A DNA stretch of 64,000 bases. It comes from Thermodesulfobacteriota bacterium. Lineage in GTDB: Bacteria; Desulfobacterota_D; UBA1144; Nemesobacterales; Nemesobacteraceae. The DNA lies in the NCBI GenBank assembly GCA_965209225.1, contig OZ242379.1, forward strand, positions 1,421,289 through 1,485,288. The letters are read 5' to 3'. Positions 29,472-38,046 of the stretch are shown in pieces. Each line of letters opens with the position of its first letter. The first letter of the stretch is position 1. Under the pieces are notes generated by a model. It saw only the letters and a list, made by a program, of their open reading frames with translations, searched no databases and had not been told where the DNA came from. Position numbers and translations under genes: made by a program.

Positions 29472-30673
29472 ATAAGGAGACTGTACTAGCAAAAGTTGTC
29501 TCATTTGACAGTGATGAAAACATTGTCCGAGCAGTTAAATGCTTCAATACCGCCATTGATGTTATACGGAAAGAATATATGCGCAGGCATAATGACCCGT
29601 GGGTTGTGGCATATTCTGGCGGAAAAGACTCAACACTGTTACTGCAAATGACTTGGGAAGTGCTGGCATCACTACCAAGTTCAGCAAGGCACCGTAAAGT
29701 CTATGTAGTTGGTAACGACACTCTTGTGGAGTCGCCCTTAGTCATTCGCCATATGCGAAGCTCAATGAAAAAAATTGCCGAAGCAGCAACAGCTAGTAAT
29801 TTGCCGATAGAAACAGAGATTACTACACCTAACGTTGATCAGACATTCTGGGTCAATGTTATTGGACGTGGTTACATTCCGCCCACGCGCAACTTCCGCT
29901 GGTGTACCGACCGCATGAAAATCATTCCCACAAATCGGTTGCTGGAAAGGTTAACTCGCTCTCACAAGCGTGCCGTGTTATTGGTAGGAACGCGAAAGAG
30001 CGAGTCCACAAATCGTCGGCGCAACATGAAGAAACACGGAGCTTCGGGAACAACCATGAACCGCCACAGCAGCATACCTGCATGTCGTATGTTTTCCCCA
30101 ATCGCTGAATTTAAAGACGAGGATGTATGGATCACTCTGATACAACGAAAACCTCCTTGGGGAGGTACGCATCGGGACTTGATTACGCTTTATCGCAATG
30201 CTGGGGGAGGGGAATGTCCTCTGGTGCTGACAAAGGAAGATGCTCCTTCCTGCGGGACAACATCTCCAAGATTCGGCTGCTGGACATGCACTGTTGTAAA
30301 CAAAGACCGCAGCCTTCGGGGATTGATTGATTCAGGCCATGATGACACTGATTTTTTTGAGGCTCTTTACGACTTTCGCGAATGGCTCGTGGAAATGCGC
30401 GAGAACAACTCGAACCGGCAGAGTGTTAGGCGAAATGGAATATCCAAGACGCGTGCTGACGGAACTGTTGTACTGGGACCGTTCACCCTTGACGTACGTA
30501 AGTTGATTCTCGACCGGTTAAAGGAGCTTGAGCAAAGTATCGGGGAGCATCTAATCACAGAATCTGAGCTTGATATAATCCATGATATCTGGCGCAGGGA
30601 CCGAGTGGTCCAGTCATGTCGAGACGAGTTGCACGAAGCGGTTTCTTCCCATATGGAGGAGGAACTTGCATGA
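29468..30673 (+). CDS. PAPS-reductase-family PP-loop ATP pyrophosphatase, DndC/SspD-like
   Basis: SGGKDS PP-loop, an FRWCTDRMKI motif, and a C-terminal Cys cluster (CPLV...SCG...FGCWTCT) consistent with an Fe-S site. Confidence 0.7.
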   Translation: MNKETVLAKVVSFDSDENIVRAVKCFNTAIDVIRKEYMRRHNDPWVVAYSGGKDSTLLLQMTWEVLASLPSSARHRKVYVVGNDTLVESPLVIRHMRSSMKKIAEAATASNLPIETEITTPNVDQTFWVNVIGRGYIPPTRNFRWCTDRMKIIPTNRLLERLTRSHKRAVLLVGTRKSESTNRRRNMKKHGASGTTMNRHSSIPACRMFSPIAEFKDEDVWITLIQRKPPWGGTHRDLITLYRNAGGGECPLVLTKEDAPSCGTTSPRFGCWTCTVVNKDRSLRGLIDSGHDDTDFFEALYDFREWLVEMRENNSNRQSVRRNGISKTRADGTVVLGPFTLDVRKLILDRLKELEQSIGEHLITESELDIIHDIWRRDRVVQSCRDELHEAVSSHMEEELA

Positions 30674-32451
30674 CTACTCGGAAAGCATTGATTAAAGCGG
30701 ACTCTCTGCTGTTTTCAAACCTGCTCAGGGAAGGCAAGTTCTCGGTTCCATGGCATCAGCGTTATTACGACTGGAACCCAGGGCACGTTCAGGAACTCCT
30801 TTTTGATATTGAAGAAGCTCTAAAGGAAAAACGGGACTGTTATTTTCTGGGAACCGTGATTTTTGTGGAGAAAGAACCTGAACACTGGGAGATCAACGAC
30901 GGACAGCAGCGCATGATAACGTTTTCACTGATCTGTGCGTCGCTTTGCCGCAGGTTTGCGCACGAGACATCGGATTCTCAGCGCGAAGGAAGGGCGTTAC
31001 GCATTCTATTTGACTTGGATGAAAACACTCCATGTTCACTGGCCGCCGCTCGAAACTATACTCCTCGAATTTCCCCGCAGGAAGATGATGCAGTCTGGTA
31101 CCGGCAGATGATTCAGGGAAACGATATTGGAACTAACGGCACTATCACGGCCGCATGGAAAATTCTCGATGAATTTATCCTGTCGCAAAGCACTGAAGAA
31201 TCCGAGAAATATTTTGATTTCCTCGTCCGAAAGCTTGAAATAGCTCGTCTGCGGGTGCCAACGCAAGTTGACCCAAACGCCGTGTACGAGACTATCAACT
31301 GCAGGGGTAAAATACTTGATGACCTAGATCTAATCCGAAACCACATCTACTCGCATTTTAATAGTGAAGAAAATCATGAAAGAAAAAAGTCAGTGCATGC
31401 GCATCTGGAAAGAATTCGCACTAGGTTGTCTGCCAGGAGAACCTCTGAATATATGCGGTGTCACCTGCAATGTGTGTTTGGATTTCTTCGCAGGGACAGC
31501 TTCTATCGCGATGTACGTAAAGCAATCCGCAATCAAGCACAAGGGAAAAAAAGAAGCCAGGAAGACTATGTGCTTGAACTCGCGGAAAAAGTTGCCGACC
31601 CTAAAAGTCTGTGCCTCTTCTCAGAAGTGATAGTTTCATCCAATCCCGACCCTAAAACCATTCAGGCGTTTAATACTGACTCCGGAAAGGGAAATTTGCG
31701 CAGGAATCTTTCCGTCTTCCTGTGGGAACTGCGCGGATACACGGTAACTCAGCCATTAGTGTTCGCTTTGTTGACGGTTTATTTGCGCGAAACGGACGGT
31801 CGGCGAAGAAAACGGATTGCCAAAAAAGTGCATGAAAATTTGAGTCGGTTGGCAGCATTTGTTCTCAGAACTGCTTTTGTCGCCCCGAAGTTCGAGCCTT
31901 CTCATTTCGAAGCTAGATTCTCCGAGTTTGCGAAAAAAATAATGCAGGACGAGAAAATTCCCGATAAAGAATTTGCTGAGTTTCTGCTGGACTGCGACCG
32001 CGATTACTACAAAGTACTGGATGATTCTAAGTTTGAGGAAGAACTTTATGAAGCACAGATGACGGGTGACAAAAAGATAAAACGATTTCTTTTCGGCATT
32101 AACAGCGATCAGCAGACAGGTTCTCAGGTTTTTAATGACAGTGAATTTTCAGTAGAACACATACTTCCAAAATCAGATAGGCATTGGGACAACTGGAAAG
32201 GTTTCGGGGAAGAGGACCCGAAGGAATGGGTCAGCAGAATCGGAAACCTGACGCTTCTGGGAAGAACCGACAACAAACCGGGGACAAAGTTCAACGGAAG
32301 CTTTAAAAAGAAGAAAGAAATCTATGCGGAAAGTGCTCTGGTAATCACCAGCCAACTGTCTCAGTGGAACGACTGGACTCCTCAAAATATTAAAAAAAGG
32401 CAACGGTACATGGCTAGCCGTGCCGTTGAGGTCTGGAGGTTTATACGATAA
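30670..32451 (+). CDS. DUF262 (DGQQR, ParB/Srx-like NTPase) + DUF1524 (His-Me finger) protein, SspE/GmrSD-like
   Basis: The N-terminus carries a DGQQR motif. The C-terminus carries an EHILPKS...N...N HNH-like motif. The start overlaps the upstream stop (ATGA). Confidence 0.7.
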   Translation: MTTRKALIKADSLLFSNLLREGKFSVPWHQRYYDWNPGHVQELLFDIEEALKEKRDCYFLGTVIFVEKEPEHWEINDGQQRMITFSLICASLCRRFAHETSDSQREGRALRILFDLDENTPCSLAAARNYTPRISPQEDDAVWYRQMIQGNDIGTNGTITAAWKILDEFILSQSTEESEKYFDFLVRKLEIARLRVPTQVDPNAVYETINCRGKILDDLDLIRNHIYSHFNSEENHERKKSVHAHLERIRTRLSARRTSEYMRCHLQCVFGFLRRDSFYRDVRKAIRNQAQGKKRSQEDYVLELAEKVADPKSLCLFSEVIVSSNPDPKTIQAFNTDSGKGNLRRNLSVFLWELRGYTVTQPLVFALLTVYLRETDGRRRKRIAKKVHENLSRLAAFVLRTAFVAPKFEPSHFEARFSEFAKKIMQDEKIPDKEFAEFLLDCDRDYYKVLDDSKFEEELYEAQMTGDKKIKRFLFGINSDQQTGSQVFNDSEFSVEHILPKSDRHWDNWKGFGEEDPKEWVSRIGNLTLLGRTDNKPGTKFNGSFKKKKEIYAESALVITSQLSQWNDWTPQNIKKRQRYMASRAVEVWRFIR

Positions 32452-32468
32452 CGGTTGACAGTTTCCAG

Positions 32469-33851
32469 TTGCGCCGCCTTGCGGAGGAAAAGCTTCGTGT
32501 TCCCGCACTTTTGCACGATTACCAGTGGGAGGGAGTGGCTTTCTTATATCAGTCGCCTTCGGGACTTCTTGCAGATGAAATGGGGCTCGGAAAAACGGTG
32601 CAGACTGCAGTCGCCTTGGGACTGCTTATGCACGCGCAAAACGATGTCAATCGCACAATAATAGTGGCACCCGCTTCCCTGACAACCAACTGGATAGAAG
32701 AACTGGAAAAATGGGCACCGTCGCTTACGGTACGGAGAGTGCAAGGCGACGCACGAAACAGGGAAGCTTTTTACCTGCTTCCGATTCCTGTTATCGTGGC
32801 CTCCTACGAGCAGATCCGCCTTGACGGGTTGGATAGAATTCCCTCAAACGCTTTCGACCTCGTCATACTTGATGAAGCTCAGCGGATTAAGAACAAGGCA
32901 TCTACCACTTCCTTGGCGTGCAGACTTCTCCCAAGAAAGCGCGCATGGGCCTTGTCCGCCACGCCCCTTGAGAACGACGAGGCCGATATTGAATCAATAC
33001 TCGGGTTCCTCGACCCATCATTCGGACAATCTCCTCCTAGATTGGTCTTGAACAAGAAGTTGAGATCAATGATGCTGCGTAGAAAGAAATCCGACGTTCG
33101 AGGGGAACTCCCTCCGGTAATCATACAAGATATTAAAATCGACTTATCATTACAGCAAAGAAACAAATATGAAGATATCTGGTTTAGCAGGACCAATGCT
33201 ATCGGTGACGGCACATCTTCCGGAAATGTTGTCTCTGTATTACTCGGACTTATTACCCGCCTGAAAACTGTGTGCAATTTTGACGAATCAACAGATACCT
33301 CGTCAAAGTGGGATGTTCTCCGGGATCTACTCGATCAGGCCGGGAATTCAGCCCGCATTCTGGTGTTCTCGCAGTTCGTCGAAACCTTGCGCTGGATTTC
33401 CAAACGCCTGGAAATTCCACACAGTCTCCTGACGGGTTCAATGCCCTTGACTCGGAGGCAGAAATCCATAAACGAATTCAAAAGAAATCCGGCTCCTCGC
33501 GTACTGCTGGTTTCGCTTCGTGCGGGCGGAGTGGGATTGAATCTCGGAGAGGCTACCCATGTAGTTCTTTTTGACAGATGGTGGAATCCCGCTGTGGAAG
33601 TTCAGGCGATCTTCCGGGCTCATCGTTTTGAACGCAATGATCCGTTGCATGTTATCAGATTCCTGGCCACCGACACCATTGAGGACCGGATAGCGGAAAT
33701 ACTTGATCGGAAAGAGGACTTGTTTGATGAAGTAATAGAGTCCGTTGAAACCAAGTCTCGCAGTTTTTCACTGCAGGAAATGATGCGCATACTTGAACTC
33801 ACAGAAAATGATCTCTTTTCGGCTAGGGAAGGAAAAAGAACAAAATCGTAA
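32469..33851 (+). CDS. Minimal SNF2-family DNA-dependent ATPase
   Basis: GLGKT Walker A, DEAQ box, LSATPLEN, and a helicase-C domain with RAGGVGLNL and FDRWWNP. There are no accessory domains. Confidence 0.75.
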   Translation: MRRLAEEKLRVPALLHDYQWEGVAFLYQSPSGLLADEMGLGKTVQTAVALGLLMHAQNDVNRTIIVAPASLTTNWIEELEKWAPSLTVRRVQGDARNREAFYLLPIPVIVASYEQIRLDGLDRIPSNAFDLVILDEAQRIKNKASTTSLACRLLPRKRAWALSATPLENDEADIESILGFLDPSFGQSPPRLVLNKKLRSMMLRRKKSDVRGELPPVIIQDIKIDLSLQQRNKYEDIWFSRTNAIGDGTSSGNVVSVLLGLITRLKTVCNFDESTDTSSKWDVLRDLLDQAGNSARILVFSQFVETLRWISKRLEIPHSLLTGSMPLTRRQKSINEFKRNPAPRVLLVSLRAGGVGLNLGEATHVVLFDRWWNPAVEVQAIFRAHRFERNDPLHVIRFLATDTIEDRIAEILDRKEDLFDEVIESVETKSRSFSLQEMMRILELTENDLFSAREGKRTKS

Positions 33852-33962
33852 GGCATTTTCGGAGAGTTCAACATTTGGGATCGGGTCTAGAAAGTGGCTT
33901 TTTTCTCGTAAATCTGCTAACTTATCCAACTAGCTTAAATCGCTTAAAAAAGGGGGTATAAA

Positions 33963-34790
33963 ATGCCAAAAATAATTGAATATAGAGAACTGCCTCTAGA
34001 TGATCTCGTGATAGGAAAGGGACAGGTTCGAACGTTTGAACCAGGGAAGGACATTGAAGAGCTAGCTAACAGTATCAGGGTGCAGGGGCTGTTGCAACCG
34101 ATAGTTGTGTGCGAATCGAAAGAACGACCCGAAAAATGGGAAATCCTTACGGGGCAGAGGCGTTATCTAGCACACAAGCACCTTAAAGAGCAAAGCATAA
34201 CGGCTGCGATCCTAGATGGACATGTTGATGAGCGTACGGCCAAGGCGATTTCTATTACCGAAAACCTGATTCGCCGCAAGCTTTCAGGCTCAGAACTTAT
34301 TGACGGAGTAACGTACTTGTACAACATGTACGGAACGCAAAAAGCTGTTGTTGAAGCTACAGGTCTTCCTGCGTCGGCCGTTCGGGACTACGTGAAATAC
34401 CCTCGGCTTATAGATCCCCTGAAGAAACTTGTTGATGATGGCACCGTTGATATTCATGGAGCTTTAAAAGCTCAGGACGCATCCATTAATGAAGATGGAA
34501 AACCGGACCCGGAAACCGCGGTAAAATTGGCTAAGGAAATGGTTCCCATGTCCGGCATTCAGCGCAAAAAGGTTGTTCAAGCGCGCAAAAAGGATCCCGA
34601 AAAACCAATTGATGACGTGATTGAGGATGCGAAAGGAGCATCCAAGGCAACTCAGGTTGTCGCGACGATTACGCAGAAAACACACACTGCTCTGCAGAAA
34701 TTCGCTAATAACGAAGGAATAAACCAAGATGAAGCCGCTGCTACGCTCATAGAACGTGCTTTGACCAGCGAAGGGCTTCTGGACGAATAA
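33963..34790 (+). CDS. ParB/Srx-domain nuclease-like protein
   Basis: ParB N-domain with a GQRRYLA box and a following HTH-like region. Confidence 0.65.
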   Translation: MPKIIEYRELPLDDLVIGKGQVRTFEPGKDIEELANSIRVQGLLQPIVVCESKERPEKWEILTGQRRYLAHKHLKEQSITAAILDGHVDERTAKAISITENLIRRKLSGSELIDGVTYLYNMYGTQKAVVEATGLPASAVRDYVKYPRLIDPLKKLVDDGTVDIHGALKAQDASINEDGKPDPETAVKLAKEMVPMSGIQRKKVVQARKKDPEKPIDDVIEDAKGASKATQVVATITQKTHTALQKFANNEGINQDEAAATLIERALTSEGLLDE

Positions 34791-35513
34791 ATGCTAGCTG
34801 ATCTCAGTGCTCTCGAGCTCGGGCGTCTCCGAATGTCGGTAGGATACGGTACTCATAAAAAAGGGCGGCCGCTCTCACCAGTTGAAGTCGGAAAATTGAT
34901 TCGCCAAGCTAAAGAAGCGGGCATTTCAACGGAGGATTGCGCCAAAGCAATTAATCTTGACAAAACAAGTATCGGTCGCTTCCTGCGAATTCTTGATCTG
35001 CCTGAAGACGTTCAGCATCTGGTTTCTTGGGGTGCCCAGAAGGATTCTATTGGCTTTTCGGTGGCCGCCCAGTTGGCAAGGTTTGAAGATACAGAAGATC
35101 AGCATGCTGTTATTGAGACAATTTTAACTGATGGGCTTAGCAGGAAAGAAATTGAGCAGGTCTTACAACTCAAGAGTCGATCCGGCAGGAAAATTGACGA
35201 GTGCTTGAAAGAAGTTCTGGGAATGCGTCCTGTGATTGAGAAAAGGCATGTATTCATCGGGATGATAGATGACCAGGATTTGGATGTGACGCTTTCGGGT
35301 CTGACACAAGCACAAAGGGACTCAATACTGCAATCCAGCATCCAAGCACTTGGCTTAGCTGAGGTGTCTGGCCGACTTGGAAAAAACATCCTCACTTTGG
35401 TCGGTTCTCATAGCCTCGGGACATATATCAAAAACATTGGGGCAGACAACCTTGAGGCACAGCTTATAGCCCAGATTCAAAAAGGTATCAACAATGAACG
35501 ACTCCGCGATTGA
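34791..35513 (+). CDS. ParB-like HTH-domain protein lacking the N-terminal catalytic box
   Basis: A ParB HTH-like region (LSPVEVGKLIRQAKEAGISTEDCAKAINLDKTSIGRFLRI) is present. The gene starts 1 nt after the upstream stop. Confidence 0.5.
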   Translation: MLADLSALELGRLRMSVGYGTHKKGRPLSPVEVGKLIRQAKEAGISTEDCAKAINLDKTSIGRFLRILDLPEDVQHLVSWGAQKDSIGFSVAAQLARFEDTEDQHAVIETILTDGLSRKEIEQVLQLKSRSGRKIDECLKEVLGMRPVIEKRHVFIGMIDDQDLDVTLSGLTQAQRDSILQSSIQALGLAEVSGRLGKNILTLVGSHSLGTYIKNIGADNLEAQLIAQIQKGINNERLRD

Positions 35514-36528
35514 TGTTTTCGAGAGCGGGGCTGTCCGTCTGGGCACAAATGTGGTTTGTGACGGTTTCGTGGAAGGATATGACTTCCGTGTCCAGACACA
35601 TGTTCACGATGATCACATGGGGGACTTTGATACAAGTAAAGGCAGACAGGATTTCTTCATGAGCGTGGAGACGTTTAGTCTTCTCAACGCTTTTCTCAAT
35701 GCAGAAATCCCCTACCGATCTAACTTTCACAAAATTCTGCGCGGGGCTGAGTACGAACTTCGTGATGGTTCAAAGCTGACTCTTCTTCCGTCGAACCATA
35801 TGCTCGGTTCATGTCAAGTATCCTTGCAGTTGCTAAATGGCCGACGAGTAGGTTATTCGGGGGATTTCGGCTGGCCTCTCGAAAAAATCATCCAGGTCGA
35901 TGAACTCGTGGTGGATAGCACCTACGGAAGTCCGAATAGCGTACGCGGCTATACACAAGCTGAGGCCGAGGAATGTCTTTTGGAGCTTGTATGCAAACGT
36001 TTGAGGTATGGTTCCGTTCATATCTACGCCCACCGAGGAACAGTTGAACGGGTTCTGCATATCATCGAAGGTAACGTGGGAGTCCCAATTCTTGCCAGTG
36101 ATCGACTTATTCAAGAAGTAGATGTTTATCAGAATTGCGGAATCGCACTGGGAGAAGTTGAGAGCCTTAGTTCAGATGAAGGAGTATCAGCATCCAAACG
36201 AAGGGCTTACGTTCGATTATATTCAAAAGGCGACGGTTTCGGAAACGAACCCATTACTGACACAAGTATCAAATGCAGTGCCTATATGGCCACACGTTTT
36301 GCGAGTAGTCCGTTAATAACCCTCAGTGACAACTCTTACAGCGTGGCATTATCAAATCATGCGGATTTTCGCGAGACGCTTGAATATGTTGAGGCAACGG
36401 GAGCTGAGATAGTAGTCACCGATAATACACGTAACCATGGCATTGAACTGGCCAACGCAATTAACGAGCGTTTATCCGGGATCAAGGCAAGACCATCAAC
36501 AAATAATCCCACACCTCGCTGGCGCTAA
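35494..36528 (+). CDS. Metallo-beta-lactamase-fold hydrolase (probable nuclease)
   Basis: HVHDDH (HxHxDH) motif, downstream His/Asp ligands (NHML, SNHADF) and a beta-CASP-like C-terminal half. Confidence 0.65.
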   Translation: MNDSAIDVFESGAVRLGTNVVCDGFVEGYDFRVQTHVHDDHMGDFDTSKGRQDFFMSVETFSLLNAFLNAEIPYRSNFHKILRGAEYELRDGSKLTLLPSNHMLGSCQVSLQLLNGRRVGYSGDFGWPLEKIIQVDELVVDSTYGSPNSVRGYTQAEAEECLLELVCKRLRYGSVHIYAHRGTVERVLHIIEGNVGVPILASDRLIQEVDVYQNCGIALGEVESLSSDEGVSASKRRAYVRLYSKGDGFGNEPITDTSIKCSAYMATRFASSPLITLSDNSYSVALSNHADFRETLEYVEATGAEIVVTDNTRNHGIELANAINERLSGIKARPSTNNPTPRWR

Positions 36529-36692
36529 CCGAAATTCATCCAATTAATCTAAGGTTAGACGCGCTCGCTCGGGTCTGTGGGGGAAAGGGAGCGGAAACGC
36601 CCCTTTCTACCCAGTCATAAATATTGTATGCGATATTTGACATATATGTAGCGACAATAATATGCTATAGTATCATCTTTGGGAAGTAATTA

Positions 36693-36944
36693 ATGGCTAC
36701 ACGCAAAATACCAGCCCCGGACGGCGGACTTGTTGAGGCGGAAGTTGTTGACATTAAAGACATTAATAGTCGCCCTATCATTATAGAACTCTCCGACGGA
36801 GCGATATTAAGTATGAGAGTAGATATAGTTGAAGTTTGCCGTACTGATAAATTTCCGGATCAAGACGGCAATCCATTTTATAGTATAAGAAGCGGCAATC
36901 TTCTTTCAGTCGTTGAACCTCCGCAGGGGCAAGGAAAAAAATAG
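36693..36944 (+). CDS. Hypothetical small protein
   Basis: 83-aa ORF in an AT-rich segment behind a promoter-like TTGACA...TATAGT region. Confidence 0.35.
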   Translation: MATRKIPAPDGGLVEAEVVDIKDINSRPIIIELSDGAILSMRVDIVEVCRTDKFPDQDGNPFYSIRSGNLLSVVEPPQGQGKK

Positions 36945-36959
36945 AGATCGGTTAGCTAT

Positions 36960-37475
36960 ATGGAAAGCACTAAAACAGTACAAGTAATAGATACGTTTCA
37001 GAACAAGTCTTTTCCACTTTCTTTTTTACAAGAGAAGGTGGTGGGTAGCATTGACTTAGAAAGAAACTACATTTCACTTGACAGCTTGACGAGGAATTAC
37101 ACTGTACTTAAAGAACCTTCCTATTATGAGCCTCCCCGGAACACTTTTCCCGAAGAATATATTGAGTCTTCGTTTACTTTGCTTATGGAAAGCTGGTGCG
37201 AAGAAAAGAAATATATGTCTTTTCTGTCAGATATAGTTACGTGTCCTTCGTATCAAAAAATAATTGAGATGGGAGAATTAGCCCTTTCATTAATATTAGT
37301 TCAACTTAGAAAAGAAGGAGACGACCCAAACCACTGGTTTACCGCTCTTGAAGCTATAACAGGTCATAACCCAGTTCCAGAAAGCGCTTATGGAAATATG
37401 GTAAAGATGGCAGAAACATGGCTTTTCTGGGCCGAAAAAAATAATGTTTCCCGGCTTTCCGAATCTCAATTCTGA
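36960..37475 (+). CDS. Hypothetical protein (possible immunity/partner protein)
   Basis: 171 aa; overlaps the downstream ORF by 32 nt. Confidence 0.35.
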   Translation: MESTKTVQVIDTFQNKSFPLSFLQEKVVGSIDLERNYISLDSLTRNYTVLKEPSYYEPPRNTFPEEYIESSFTLLMESWCEEKKYMSFLSDIVTCPSYQKIIEMGELALSLILVQLRKEGDDPNHWFTALEAITGHNPVPESAYGNMVKMAETWLFWAEKNNVSRLSESQF

Positions 37476-37875
37476 AAATTGTCGCATAACTAGTCCACCA
37501 ACTAATCGCTACAACTGTATAGCTTGGGCGGCTGGTTGTAGTACCAAGTGGTGGTGCCCTTATGGCTATTGGCCTTCCGGAGTTCCCAGAAAAATAACTC
37601 TGTCTGCACTTTCAGAAGTATTTAGAACTCTTGGATACGAAGAATGCGAAGATGGTTTCTTAGAATCTGGATATGAAAAAGTGGCATTGTTCGCTAGTTC
37701 TAATGCTGATAAAGACCTGTTACCTACACACGCTGCAAGACAACTAAGGAATGGGTGGTGGACAAGCAAATTCGGAGATGATATTGAGCATAGGAATCCA
37801 GAAGACCTGAATGGTTCAGCATATGGAACTGTAATTTGTTTTATGCGACGTGCAAAAGAAGGTGGCTTGAAATAA
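37444..37875 (+). CDS. Hypothetical protein with a papain-like Cys...His arrangement (YNCIAWAAG ... PTHAARQ)
   Basis: 143 aa. The Cys/His spacing is reminiscent of NlpC/CHAP-type or other thiol hydrolases. Speculative. Confidence 0.3.
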   Translation: MFPGFPNLNSENCRITSPPTNRYNCIAWAAGCSTKWWCPYGYWPSGVPRKITLSALSEVFRTLGYEECEDGFLESGYEKVALFASSNADKDLLPTHAARQLRNGWWTSKFGDDIEHRNPEDLNGSAYGTVICFMRRAKEGGLK

Positions 37876-38046
37876 TGGGAAAGCTTTTGTGCGTTGGTTT
37901 GAATACACTTAAAGAAAAAAACTGTTTAAAATAAAGGAACCACTTCTTTTCTCCGGGATGCGGCATTATTGCTTGGGCGTTCCGCAGTACGACGCTTGGT
38001 GCTGTAGAGACGTTTTCACAATACTTTTTCGTTTCGAGGTGAGTAG

